64,000 bases of DNA from Rebecca billardiae RCC1528 (GCA_965240325.2 OZ251222.1:2480001-2544000); one strand, 5' to 3'; counted from the stretch's first letter, positions 1 to 12,508 are shown. Program-made: numbers and translations. The notes: generated by a model not told the origin, from the sequence alone.

Positions 1-2
1 CG

Positions 3-3000
3 GCGGGCGCCGAGGCGGCCGACGGCGCCGCGGCGCCGTGGGCGGCGCTGCTCGACCCCAGCTCGAGCTTCAAGCTCCTGTACGCGCTGCAGGTCGTGGA
101 CATGCTCATGCAGCCCAACGACGCCGACGTCGAGTCGCCGCTCTGCCTGCCCGTCGAGGCGGGCGCGACCGTCTCGGATGGGCTGGCGCTCGTGAGCGAC
201 GTCACGCAGCTCTCGGCGTGGTGCGACGCATTCCTCGCGCGCGGCGGCGTGACGCACATGATCCACGTGCTCACCTCGCACGGGCCGGCGCTCCTCGACC
301 CGTGCCGCGGGCCGCAGCGCAAGGCGTGCGTCGCGCTGCTGCTCAAGCTGCTGCTGCAGGTGATCACACGCCCCGAGCTCGCGCAGGCGCACGCGTCTGT
401 GCTGCGCGAGTTCGAGCTCAGCGAGCACTGCGTGTGCATGCTCGACCTGGACGCGAACGACGAGCGGCGCGAGGTGCGCCGCGTGTGCTTCTCCTCGCCG
501 CTCGTCGACGCGATGCTCGAGCTCGTGCTGCACATCGCGCGCGAGCACAGCCCGGGCGCGCGCGGCGGCGCGGGCGCGCCGTGCGCCGAGGCGCCGGCCG
601 CCGCGGCCGAGGCGGCCGCGCTGGTGCAGCCGGCGGCGGCGGCGGACAGCGACGCGGAGATCACGAGCTGCGCGATGCGGCTGCTCGTCGCGATCGCGGT
701 CGCGGGCGTGCAGGGCGCCGACGGCCTCGAGCCCCCGCCGATCTGCCGCGTCGACGCGCCCGAGGGCCTGCAGCGCGCGCTCCAGCAGCTCGTCGACGGC
801 TGCCTGCTCAAGTGCGACCACACCGGGCTGCGCTGGGAGGTGGCCGCGGCGCTCTGCATGCTCGCGCACGCCACGAGCGCGCCGGTGGCGCCCGCGCCGC
901 CGGGCGCCGACGCGCCCGCGCCCGACGCGCCCGACGCCGAGCGGCCCTTCCTGCCCGCGGTGAGCGCGATGCTCGTCTCCTTCCTGCCGCAGATGAGCGT
1001 CGCGCCTGGCGAGCAGGTGGTGCAGTACTTCACCGCGCTCAACGCCGTGTACGAGCTGGCGTGCTCGGCGGGCGGCGCGGCGGGGGCGAGGCTCGGCGAG
1101 ATGCGCGCGCTGCTCCACGCGGTGGTGCAGCAGATGCAGTCGCTGCCCATCGTCGAGCCGCGCTACCCCGACGGCGAGGACAAGGCGCTGATCGGGCTGC
1201 TGCGGCTCACGACGACGATCGTTCGCGCCTTCCCCGACCTTAAGCGAGAGCACGGCCTCATCTCGGTGCTCTTCGACTTCCTCTTCACGATCCAGCTGGC
1301 GAGGCGCACGGAGGGCGGCGGGCACCCGCCGCCGCGGTGCAAGACGCCCGCGTGCCGCGAGGCCGCGCTCGGCTGCCTCGTCGAGCTCGCGCGCGGCTCG
1401 TTTGAGAACATGATGCGGCTGTCGGGACTGCTGCTGCCGCAGCACTCTGGCGGCGAGTCGCGCGCGCAGTGGCACTACATGCCGGCGGTGCTTGAGAAGT
1501 CGCGCAGCGGGTACGTCGGGCTGAAGAACCTCGGCGCGACCTGCTACATGAACTCGCTGCTGCAGCAGTTCTCGATGGTCCCCGACTTCATGCGCGGCAT
1601 GCTCTCGCTGCGACTCGACGACGCGCTGCGGCCCGCGGCCGGCGCGGAGGAGGCGGAGCCGTCGCAGCAGGAGGTCGAGTGCATGGCGCTGCTCTCGCAG
1701 CTGCAGACGATGCTGTGCTACCTCGGCGCGTCGGAGAAGCGCTTCTTCGACACCTCCGAGCTGTGCGCCACGTACAAGGACTTCGACGGCCAGCCGATCA
1801 ACACGTCGGTGCAGATGGACGTGGACGAGTTCTTCTCGACGCTCTTTGACAAGCTCGAGCTCGCGCTCAAGCGCACGCCGCGCGGCAACCTGCTCAAGGA
1901 GCTGTTCGGCGGCGAGACGGTGTCGCAGGTGATCGGCAAGTCGGACGACTGCACGCACACCTCCGAGCGCGACGAGGTCTTCTTCGCCCTGCAGATCAAC
2001 GTGAAGAACAAGCGCTCCGTCTTCGAGGGGCTGAGCGCGTTTGTCGAGGGCGAGATGCTCGACGGCGACAACAAGTACCACTGCGACCAGTGCGGCAAGC
2101 AGGTGGACGCGCTCAAGCGCTGCTGCGTCAAGCGGCTGCCGAGGAACCTGATCCTGCACCTGAAGCGCTTCGAGTTCGACTTCGACCTGATGAAGAAGTT
2201 CAAGGTGAACGACCTGTGCGAGGTGCCCATGACCATCGACATGTGGCCATACACCAAGGAGGGGCTGGCGGAGCTCGACGACGCGCCCGCCGCCGCGGAC
2301 GAGCGCCAGCGCCGCGCGGGCAGCGCGGACGGGATGGGCGAGGACGAGGACGAGGACGAGGAGAACGACCTGCAGGACGGCGGCGCGCGGCGCGCGGCGC
2401 GCGGCAGCGGCGCAGGCGCCGACGCCGGCGCCGGCGCCGGCGCTGACGCCGACGCGGACGCCGACGCCGGCGGCGCGCGGCCCGCGGCGGCCGGGCAGAG
2501 CGGCGCGCCGCACCCGGGCTACATCTTCGACCTCAAGGGCGTGCTCGTGCACACGGGCACCGCCGACTCGGGGCACTACTACTCGTTCATCAAGGAGCGG
2601 CAGCCCGCGCACGGGCGCACCTCGCCGCGCTGGTTCCAGTTCAACGACACGCTCGTCGAGGAGTTCGACGAGGCGGACATCCCGCGCTGTACGTACGGCG
2701 GCCACGAGCCGGTCACGCAGTGGGACCCGATGCAGCACAAGCACGTGCAGCGCTGGCAGCTCAAGACGCACTCGGCGTACATGCTCTTCTACGAGCGGCG
2801 GGACGAGGCGGCGGCGGGCGCCGCGGCCGAGCCGGACGCCGAGCCCGCCCCGCGCGCCGCGAGCGCGGACGCCGCCGCCGCCGCGCGCGCGGACGAGTGC
2901 GAGCTGGGCGGGATGCCTCCTGAGATCTCTGATCTCGTGCGGCGCGAGAACGTGCAGTTCTTCCACGACCGGCACATCTTCGACGAGGCGTACTTTGCGT

Positions 3001-6000
3001 TCGTCTTCGACGTGTGCGCGCTGATGCTCGGGCTGCCCACGCTCGACGCCGATGGCGCCGCCGCGCCCGTCGCGCCGCTCGCGCCCGCCGGCAGCGGCTG
3101 CGGGTCGCCCATGGACGTGAGCGCGTGCGCTGCCTCGCCGGCCGAGCCGCCTTCGCCCATGTCGGGCGCGGTGCCGTCCCCGACGCGCGCGGCGCTCGTC
3201 GAGCGCGCGCTGCAGCTCGGCACCACCTTCTTCGTCGAGACGCTCGCGCACGCCAAGGACAAGCGCAGCGTGCCGCGCTGGGTCGACCTGCTGCAGCGAG
3301 GGTACGCGCAGAGCCTGCCGTCGTGCCGCTGGCTGATGGCGCAGCTGGCGACCGACACGACGTGGCTCAAGCAGATGCTGCTCTGCTGCACGATCGGCGA
3401 GATGCGCGCGAGCTTCTCCGCGCTCGTGCTGCACGTCGTGCGCGTGCTCCGCCCGCACGAGCTGCACCTGTACGAGGCCGAGGCGCGCGCGCTGCTCGCC
3501 TGGGAAGGCGCGGGCGCGGGCGCGCGCGGCGGCGGCGGCGCGGCGGACGGCGCGGACGGCGCCGCGCGCGCCGAGCTCGGCGCGCACGGCGCCGACGCGG
3601 GCGCGCGCGAGCGCAGCTGCGTGCTCGCGATGGCGGAGCGGCTGCTGCTGCTCCTGCGCGAGGCGCACTCGCACTGGCGCAACCTGCAGCAGCTCTTCGA
3701 GCTGCTGCACGAGTTCGCTACGCTCGGGCGCGCGGAGCGGCAGTGGCTGCTCGCCAAGCACGGCATCCGGCTGCTGCTCGACTTCTACCTGGGCGACGAG
3801 CGCTCCGCCGAGCAGCAGCACCGGCAGAAGAAGAGCAAGATGGGCGACAAGCTGATGGTCCCCAACCTGGGGCACATGCTCGAGCTGCTCTCCAAGCTCG
3901 TGCGCTCGTGCCCGCCGCGCGCGCCGACGGAGGCCGACCCGACGGGCGGCTGGGACGCGGTCGACGGCAGCGCGGGCGCCTTCTGCCCGCCCGACGCGGA
4001 GGGCGAGCCGCTCGCGATGCCCGCGGACGACCGGCAGCTGCTCTCGCAGTGCGACCTCGTCGCGCGGCTCGTGCGCGACGACGTGACGGTGCACTCGGTG
4101 CTCGTCCTCGTGCGCTACCCGTGCTGGCGCGACATGCGCGCCTCGCAGCAGGCGATCGAGTGGGCGTGCAACGGCGTGCACGCGTCCGAGACGGACTCGC
4201 TCAAGCCTTACTTTGAGGTGCTGAACGCGCTGCTGATGCTCGACGACGGCCTCGCGCACATGCGCGTGCCGTTCGCGCTCGAGCGGCTGATGCGCGCGAT
4301 CTCGGAGAACCTGCGCTTCCGCGGGCCGACGATCGCCTGCTTCCGCTTCCTGATCGCCGCGCAGCAGGGCTCGGCCGTCGTGCGCGAGTGGGTGGTGCGG
4401 CAGCACGAGCAGTACTTGCCGGGCTGGTTCCTGCACCCGTGCGACTACGTGCGCGCCAACGCGCAGCAGCTCGTGTGCCACCTGCTGCAGCGCACGCCGC
4501 TCGAGGACGGCGAGGTCGGCGTGGTCGCGCTCGAGCCCGCCAGCTGGGGGCCGGACGAGCTCGTCGCCTCGTCTGTCTTCCAGACTCTCATGGCGGTGGT
4601 GACGGATGCGGTGAACGTCGCGCGCGACGCGCCGTCGAGCGTGATGACGCCGCGCGGCACGCACCGGCCGAGCTCCGCGGAGGACCTGTTCTACCACACG
4701 TGGGTGTTCGTGCACTTCCTGCGCGCGGTCGACTACTGCGTGCGCGAGTGGGGCCACGTGGTGATCGCCGACCTCGCCAAGAGCTTCGGCCGGCTGTGGG
4801 AGCTGTACGACGCTCTGGATGCGCTGCAGGTCGAGTGCGATGAGAGCAAGAAGGTGCGGCGCGTGCGGCCGTGCGGCTGTGTGTGCGGCCGCGCGCGACT
4901 GTGTGCGTGTGCGCGTGTGCGCGTGTGCGCGCCCACGGCGAGCGGCGCATGGCCGCGCCCGGGCCCGCGCGCGCGGTCCTCCGCCGCGATGGGCTTCGCG
5001 CCGCCCACGCGCTCACCGCTCGCGCCGCCGTGCCCTCCGCCGTGCCCGCCCGGCTACGCAGGTCATCTTTGCCATCTGGGCGCACGCGCTGCAGGTGCAC
5101 CCTGAGCTCGTCAACTTCTTCACCGAGACGGCGCGCTTCGAGCGCATCCTCGCGACGCGCGTCGCGCAGCGCTCGTCTGCGCAGCACCACGAGTACAACA
5201 ACGAGGTGCGCGCGCACGCGCACGCGCGCACACGCGCCCACTGGCGTCGCGCGGCGGCCGGCGCGCGCGCTCGCGAGCGCGCGCAAGCGCCGGCACGCAG
5301 CGCGACCGCGCCGGCTGACGCGCGCTCCCGCCTCTCGCGCGCGGCTGGCTGGCTGGCTGGCTGGCCGCGCGGCTGCCGCGAGCGCAGGCGCTGCCGGCGC
5401 TGTACGCGGTGATCCACAGCGCGCTGAGCAAGCGCCCAGAGCTGGTGGTCGCGCTCGCGGCGCACGGCTCGTTCCGCTGGGCGATCAAGGTGCTGCTGGT
5501 CGACGGCATGGAGGGCGCGCACGCGCTGCACCGGCACCTGCTCGAGCTCGCGCGCGTGTGCGCCGGCGCGGTGCCGGCGTTCCGCGCGCAGCTGGTGAAG
5601 CTGGTCCTCGACTCGGCGCGGCTGCACATGGGCGCGGACGGCGCGCACGCCTCGATGGTCAAGCTACTGCACCTATCGATGTGCGAGCACGACGACCACG
5701 CGCTGCTCTTCGACTCGCAGGGGCTGGCGCATCTGGCGATGGCGCTGCACCGCGTCGCCTCCGCCTTTGTCAGCGGCTCGCCCGGCGCGGTCGGCCTGGT
5801 GCTGCACCTGCTCTCGCTGCTGAACGGCGCGCTGCGCGTGCTCAACCGCATGATGAACGAGCGGCGTGACGTGAGCATCGCGCTCGAGCAGTTCGACCCC
5901 TGTGCGCGCGCGCGTGCTCGGAGCGCGCGCGCCTCGCGTCTCACGCGCGCGCAAGCGCAAGCGCAAGCGAGCGAGCGAGGAGAGGGCGAGAGAGCACGGC

Positions 6001-7320
6001 CGCCGCAGTGTCGCGCGCCCGCGCCGCAGCGCAGCGCACACCCCGCCACCCTCTGCTCACCCGCGCGACGAGCCCGCCTGTGCCGCGCGCCGCCGTGCCG
6101 CGCCCCACCACCGCGCGCGCGCAGCCGCCGTCGCCTCGACCGCGTGCTCTCTCTTCACGCGCGACGACCCGACGCGCGGCGAGGTGCACAAGGGCGCCGC
6201 GCAGCTCGCGCTGCTGCTCAGCACCGTCAACCACGAGGTGCGCGCACAGCGCTGCGCGCACAGCGCTGCGCGCGCACGCGCCGTGCACGCGCCAGGAGCG
6301 CGCGTGCACGCACCATGCCGCGGCGCCGCGCCGTGCGCGGGGCTTGCACGCCGCGCACGCCCCGCTGAGCGGCGCTCGGCACGTGCTCGGCCGCGCCTCC
6401 TCGCCACCGCGCGCGCGCGTGCGCAGAGCGCGCGGCGCATGATGATGATGATGCTGATGCAACGGGAGCGAGGCCACTTCTTCTCCGCGGTCGCGGCGCG
6501 CGAGGGCGCGGTGGCGGCCCACGCGCTGCCCGCCGCGGCCGCGGGCAACGTCGTGCTGATGCGCTGCCTGCTGACGCACCACGCGCCCGCAGACGCGCGC
6601 CAGCTGCAGGCAGAGCGGCCAGAGCTGTACACCGCGCTGTGCGACCTGGAGCTGCAGCTGTGCTACGTGAACGCGCAGCTCGCGCAGTCGACGGAGCACG
6701 AGCAGACGATGATGCTGGTCGCGCGCTACCTCACGCTACTCATCGCCGAGAGCTCGCTCTTCACGCAGCACCAGGAGCGCTTCTGCACGCTGCTGCGCCA
6801 GCTGTACCACAGCCAGCCGCCGCTCGCGCTCGCGGCCATGCAGGAGCCGGCGCAGCGCGAGCTGCTGCCACTGGCCGTGCTGCACGCGATCGCGCTCAAC
6901 CCGGCGTGCGCCGCGATCGAGGAGTGCGCGCAGCTGTACCGAGGCGTCCTTGGTGGGATCGACGCGGACGACATGCACGTGCGCCAGCGCCTTGCGGAGG
7001 TGGCCGAGGCGCTCGCGCAGCGCGCGCACACGACCGCCGAGCCCGAGCCAGGCGTCGCGCAGGCGCTCGAGATCCTCGTCCAGGCGGGGCAGCCGGCGGC
7101 GGGGCCGATGGCGCCGCGCGTCCCCGAGGCTGGCCCCGCGGCTTCGGCCCAGCAGACTGGCCCGCCCTCGGCAGAGGCCGAGACCCCCGAGCAGCCCGCG
7201 CCCGCGTGCGGCGGCGCTGGGCACTCGGAAGAGGCACCAACTGAGCACGGAGGCGAGCACGCGAGGCATGCCGCGCCCGTGGAGGGCGCGAGTGCATCCG
7301 CTACTGTCCGCCCTCCGTGA
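3..7320 (+). CDS. Large ubiquitin-specific protease, USP9/24/34-like (5'-partial; inferred introns 4854-5061, 5206-5387, 5902-6124, 6238-6426)
   Basis: The frame is open from the window start (KLLYALQVV). It has the Cys box GYVGLKNLGATCYMNSLLQQ, QMDVDEFF, LHLKRFEFDFD, the His box GVLVHTGTADSGHYYSFIKER, WFQFNDT and SAYMLFYER. GT..AG junctions restore a continuous frame to TGA at 7318-7320. Confidence 0.93.
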
Positions 7321-7638
7321 TCATCGTTGCCAGAGTCTAATCTGACTACGTCTACTGGCTACTGCATTGTATTTGTAAGAATACTACTGGTACTTGGGAC
7401 TAGCACTGCTATCTGTTTCCGTGCTATGATCAAAGGAATAGTAGAAGTGCTATGATCTACTTGACCAATTGAAGTGACACGACGATGTCATAATAGTATT
7501 ATTAATACTGACTAGTGACTGCCGACTGACCGAATTTCTGAGTTCATATCATATTGATTTGATGACGGTCGTCGACAAGAAAGTGATGCCGTGACGAAGA
7601 AATCGCGGGCGAAGAAATAAAGCGCGAGCGGCTACTGT

Positions 7639-7795
7639 GCCGGTCTGTGGCCGAGTGGGAGTACTGGCGTGCTCTTGCGTCTGAGGTCATGGGTTCAAAC
7701 CCCCAGTTTCCAGGTCTCTCTTCGGAGAGCGTGCGATGAAGGATGGCGCGGCAACCTGCCACCGTGAGCCTTACGCACGTTAAAACAAATATTAA
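7639..7795 (+). mobile_element. tRNA-derived SINE-like element or pseudo-tRNA with a structured 3' part
   Basis: A-box TGGCCGAGTGG at 7648-7658 and B-box GGTTCAAACC at 7692-7701 are at tRNA spacing, but the acceptor stem does not pair. A UUCG hairpin (7716-7729) and an A-rich tail follow. ACTGT flanks both sides (7634-7638, 7796-7800). Confidence 0.55.
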
Positions 7796-7890
7796 ACTGT
7801 AGGGAGCGAGCGGAAGAAGATTAATGGCCCAATAAGATTAATCCCGAAAACAAGGATGGCCGACGCGATCGCCGTCTCCTGAGCTCAAGG

Positions 7891-8640
7891 ATGGTCTGCG
7901 CTGACTGCGAGTCTAAGCTTTCCCGCGTGTCGGCGCCGGACCCGTGGAAGTCGGGCTCGCGCAACACCAACGAGACGGGCCGGCGTGTCGGCGAGAGCAA
8001 GCTCGGCAAAAGCTTCGCGGCACGCCGCTTCAACCCGTACGCGACCTCGCGGTGCTCGGTGTGCAAACAGAGTGCCGCGCAGAATGGCGCCAAGTTCTGC
8101 CAGCCGTGCGCGTACGCAAAGGGCGTGTGCGCCATCTGCGGGAAGCAAGTACTCGATACGCGCTTCTACAACATGGGCGATGGGGCAGCGCGACCCACTC
8201 GAGTGGTTGACCCAAAGGAATTCCACCCTGAAGGCTGGACACCGGAAGGGAGCCCCGCGGCTGCCGATGCTGCCGATGGCGGTGATGGCAAGCGGCCGGC
8301 GCGCAGTCGGGGAGTGGCTAAGGGCGTGCGGCCGGGAAGTAAGCAGCCAGCCGCATCAGCGGCTGTTGCTGCACCACCAGCACCAGCTGCAGGAGGTGCA
8401 ACAGCGAGCGCCGAAGCAGCTGGCTCGGGCACCGGTCCAGCGGACTGGCAATTCGACCCGGCGACGAATCTCTACTTCAGCGTGCAAGCTCAAGCGTACT
8501 ATGACTCGGCGACGGCCATGTACTTCATGGGTGGCGAGTGGCATCGCGAGCTGCCTCAGCAGCTGCCGGCGCAGAGTCAGGCAACGCCAGTCTCAATCCA
8601 AGCTGCCGGCGCCCCTGCGCCTGCTGAACCCGCAGATTAG
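7891..8640 (+). CDS. CRIPT: CRIPT-family zinc-binding protein with a C-terminal OCRE-like domain
   Basis: MVCxxCExKL, PDPWK, RFNPY and CxxCK…FCQPCAYAKGVCAICGK..LDT are CRIPT hallmarks. WQFDPATNLYFSVQAQAYYDSATAMYF has the OCRE octamer aromatic repeat pattern. Confidence 0.88.
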   Translation: MVCADCESKLSRVSAPDPWKSGSRNTNETGRRVGESKLGKSFAARRFNPYATSRCSVCKQSAAQNGAKFCQPCAYAKGVCAICGKQVLDTRFYNMGDGAARPTRVVDPKEFHPEGWTPEGSPAAADAADGGDGKRPARSRGVAKGVRPGSKQPAASAAVAAPPAPAAGGATASAEAAGSGTGPADWQFDPATNLYFSVQAQAYYDSATAMYFMGGEWHRELPQQLPAQSQATPVSIQAAGAPAPAEPAD

Positions 8641-9943
8641 TCGGTAGTCACTAGTCCGGTAGTCCCCGCGGGCCTGCTGTCTGTGAGTGCTGATTGATTA
8701 GCCGCTACCTGATGAGTGATATCAGGGCCTGGTCATCGGAGCGCCTGCTGATGACTCTCGCGTCGATGCGGATAACGCTGGATCGGACCGTCGCGCTGAT
8801 GGCATTCTGACTCCCGACTCGGTCACGTCCACTACACATCGCATTGTCATACGTACTATATCACGACTTATCTGGTATCAGTCTGGCATCGGCACTACAG
8901 TTTACTAATACTAAGAATAAGAGACGCACACAGCTCAGGCAGGCGAGATTGACGCCCGGCGTCTACTTATCGGGCAGATGACCCGCGAATAATTAAATTA
9001 CGTTAAATAATTGTATATATATTAAATGAACCGTAGTTACTACTTGTTAACGTCTTAGCCGTATTAGGCCTGTTTTATTTCTACCAGATTCCATTTCCTA
9101 TGTCACGGCGACAAACCCCTGCCCGCCAGTGGGAATCGGTGTCACGCCCCGTTGGATGTACCTCTCACGGCCGATGGCGGCCCCCACGTGCGCGAGGAAC
9201 GCGATTCCTGCACTCCTCGGTGACCGGTGAGTGCAGGAATGCAGTTGCGGCGCTCGTCCGCCTCGTCGTTGTCGCACACGAGGTACATCCAACACCATGG
9301 GTCGTATCCCAAAACTCTCCGCGCGCTCTGCGCCCGCGCGGCGAGCGATTGCAGGCTTGTTCTCATCATCTTGGCCAAGACTGCAGCCTGCCAGATGCGC
9401 CAGGAGACGTGTGCACGCCTTTCCGCGCGTCATGGGTGCGCGTGGCACGCACCTTGTCATATTTTACGCCGAGGAGGCCTGAGCATCCGGCCTACCAACC
9501 TTCCGCGCTCACGTTCAAATGCAGGCGGCAAGCTGCATGCAAGCGCACGCCGAACGGAAGCATCTCAAGCTCGACAAGGTAGTGGCGGCGGAGCGTTTAG
9601 AGCTGGTGGCGATTGCAGTCCATCTGGCTGTGAACTGGTCGCTAACTGACACGGGTGCGATGCAGCCAAGGCAGAGTGCTTGCAGCTTGCAGAGGGCCTG
9701 CAGCTGCGGCGGTTTGCCCGCCGCTCGCCGGCTGCATCGTACACACTGCCGTGCACCGCGAGTGACCCCTGTGTCAAGGCGAAGCACCACGGCAAGGCGA
9801 GGCAGCATGTCTGACAACATTCTTCGCTACAGCGCAGCGCATCAACACGAGAATGCGCGAATGACGTGCCATCACTACTCCGGACTAGCTCCGGCGCCCG
9901 CACCAGCGGGCAAGCCGCCATTGTTCCCAAAACAGGCCACGTA

Positions 9944-10548
9944 TGGAGCGCTCGTTGGAACTTGGCGGGGCTTGGAACTTGACACCGCATTTCCCAGCGA
10001 AGTGCCCCATCTCGGCGGGGCTGGCACGGTCGGCACACGCTCCTGAGCGCTCGCTTTGCGGTGCGGCAGGCCTTGGGCAGCCCAGACAGACATGCCGCGA
10101 CCGAATTACCGGGCCATGCGCGCACCACACCCGCGCTACATGGCCTGCGCGCTGGACGACTGAGAGGCAACGCCGAACCACTGCATTCCACTGCCCCGCA
10201 TGCACCCCGAGTCACCTTCAGAGGGCGTCGACGAGCGCAGAGCGGGTGCGTGGGAGTTCGACCAACTCATGTACCTTCTTGCAAGCACCAGCGGCGAGGT
10301 CGCAAGCCGAACCTTGACCAGCCGTGGAACTTGAGCTGGTCGGCAGCAAAACCACCGTTTAACCCGGATCAAGTTAGCAGCGTGCGAGGAGGAGGCGCGG
10401 TGCGCGTCCGCGGCTGGCGAGAGGCGTCCGGACCGTGCCGTTCTCGGCCGCGCCCGCGCGCTTCCCGCCGCCGCGGGCCCCGTGTACGCCCGTCGTCGCC
10501 CTCGCCGCGCGGGCGCCAAACCGGCGTCAAGTTCCAACGAACGCTCCA
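9944..10548. mobile_element. Non-autonomous TIR element (MITE, Tc1/mariner-like TA target duplication)
   Basis: GTATGGAGCGCTCGTTGGAACTTG (9941-9964) is the reverse complement of CAAGTTCCAACGAACGCTCCATAC (10528-10551) with 1 mismatch. TA lies on both outer sides, and the TGGAACTTG motif is repeated internally. Confidence 0.7.
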
Positions 10549-10823
10549 TACCAGTAGTAGCATCTGCATCAGAAGTACTGAGTCGTAGTAGACTCGTCAT
10601 CAGCGGCGCCTGATCACTGATGAGCGATGATGAGCGAACTGCTCCGTCTCAGGAGGCCCGTCTAGACTTAGGATGTGTCCGCCGGGTCTGTGACGCCGCG
10701 TTCGGAGCGTTGAGCCGTTTGAGCGTAGTTGATCGGCTCAGCTAAGTGGGACCGTGCCAGGCTTGTGATGATGCCAATATTACGACGACCCCGCGCAGCC
10801 AGCCCGGCGGTGGCCACGCCGAC

Positions 10824-12304
10824 CTACCTCTTCACGCGGCCAATCGCACCTGCGAGCAAGACAGCCAGCGCCGCGCTCTCTGCTGCGTCACGAGCAGCGA
10901 GCTCTCGCGCCGCGTTGGAGGTGATGTCGACCAAAGCATGGGCAGCGAGGGGCGTGATCGCGAGGGCTGCGTGCTGCTCGTCGCCAAGCCCGCCCCGCGC
11001 GTGGCCGAGGAAATAGCGGATCGCAGGTAGCAAGAGCACGGCGGCGAAGATGTACGGCCGGAACGGCTCGATCGCCTTCCAGGCGCTCTGCATCCGCTGC
11101 CGTGCCTTGAGCACAAACTGCAGCACAGCGAGCATGCGCTTGACTCCGGGCGGGAGCAGCCCCGCGCCACCGAGGTCGCCAAGCCCGCTGAGCGCGCTGA
11201 GTGCGCCCAGCCCGTCGGACGAGCCGCCGCCCGGCCCGCCGCCGAACATCTCCGACATCTTGGTCATCGCCTCGAGGAAGTCCCCGCCGCCCGCGCCGCC
11301 TGCTCCGCCCATCTGCCTGAGCAGATCGCCCGCGCCCCCAAACGGCGCGTCGCCGTTCTCGCCGCCAAGGAACGCATCAGCCGACGTGCCCCCGGCCATC
11401 AGCCTCTCCAGGCGCGCGATGCGCGGCTGCAGCTGCTCGGACTCCGCCTATGACGACAAACGTACGGGCGAGGGAGCGATGCGCGGCGGCGCACCGGTGG
11501 TCAGGTCAGTCGGCGCTTCGCATGTGGGGCCGTCAGGAGTTGGTGTGAGCGGCACGTGCGCGCGCGGCGCCGCCCCGTGTCGAAGCGCACCTCAGACATC
11601 AGCTTGGACGCCGCTGTGTAGTCGGCAAGGGCATCGGCAAGCTCGCCGGCCGCCTCCCGCGACTGGGCCCGCTTGCACAACGCCTTGGAGCACGCGGGGA
11701 AGTGCGCGAGCACCTGCGCGCACCCAGAGGTTGAGCGGAGGGAGCCACGCCGCGAGTGCGGGGAGCGCCGTGAGGCACCCCGCAGCACCGAGGCAGGTGC
11801 GCGCAGCCCCTCGAGCGCAGGCACGCGCGGCGGCGGGCGACGCACCAGGTCGCACTGCTCGACGGCATCCTCCCACTCGCCCATGCGGATGTAACACGAT
11901 GCCAGGTTCAGCCGACACCTCCTGTCCAGGTTGGCCGCCTCGGCGCTGCCGGCGCCATCAAACGCCAGGGCGCGCAGGGCCTCGTGGTACTTGACAGCCG
12001 CGCTGGCGCAGTCGCCCTCTCGGATCAGATCGTTTCCCAGCGCCTTCAGCCGGAGCGCGCTCTCGATCGCCTCCTCCTCGGCCATATCATTTGCACTGCC
12101 GCCGCGCATTCGAAGCGCTAAGCGCGCGCGAGCTCGCACATGTAGTGCCGTCGGATGCCCTCGGCGGGAGGAGGCGGCGCTCGCACCTCTATCCCAGCGT
12201 GCCGCGTGTAGCACGGCGCGTGCGCTGACGTGCCCAAGCCCGACCAAGCACAGCACGGCGAGCGTGGCGCGCGTCGGCGCATGTTGCCTGATGTGTCGCC
12301 GCAT
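10824..12304 (-). CDS. Signal-peptide-bearing TPR protein (co-chaperone-type TPR) with a Gly/Met-rich linker and a C-terminal hydrophobic segment (introns 11714-11845, 11448-11590)
   Basis: TPR motifs LKALGNDLIREGD…AVKYHEAL, LNLASCYIRMGEWEDAVEQCD and KALCKRAQ…ALADY are present. GT-AG splicing joins ORF 11501-12304 to ORF 10824-11399 in frame. The N-terminus is hydrophobic. Confidence 0.75.
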
Positions 12305-12508
12305 GGCGCTCCGCTGGGGCCGGCCTGGGCTCGTGGCGAGCCGGACAAGCCGGTGAGGAGTGTCCCGGACCGTACATCGCGGGCAAGGCGTTGGTCAAAG
12401 TGTCAAACGGAGGCAACCTTGCGGTGTGTCGAGCGATCTCGAGTCGGCGGGTCGAGCCAGGCGGAAGGGTTGCGAGACCTTCCTTCGCTCGCACGTGACC
12501 TGGCGGCG

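Noticed and set aside
6439-6459. Poly-Met run MMMMMLM as the start of a separate gene
   Set aside because: It lies just after a good CAG acceptor in frame with the USP gene, and is better explained as an (ATG)n coding microsatellite.
7641-7712. Functional tRNA gene
   Set aside because: The acceptor and T stems do not pair properly, so it is treated as SINE-like or pseudo.
7730-7779. Possible SECIS element (ATGA…AA…GA stem-loop)
   Set aside because: The AA-to-GA spacing is too short for the canonical pattern, and no adjacent same-strand gene has a credible in-frame Sec TGA.
9098-9900. Short overlapping ORFs, possible TE remnant
   Set aside because: No recognisable motif or codon bias, so no call can be supported.
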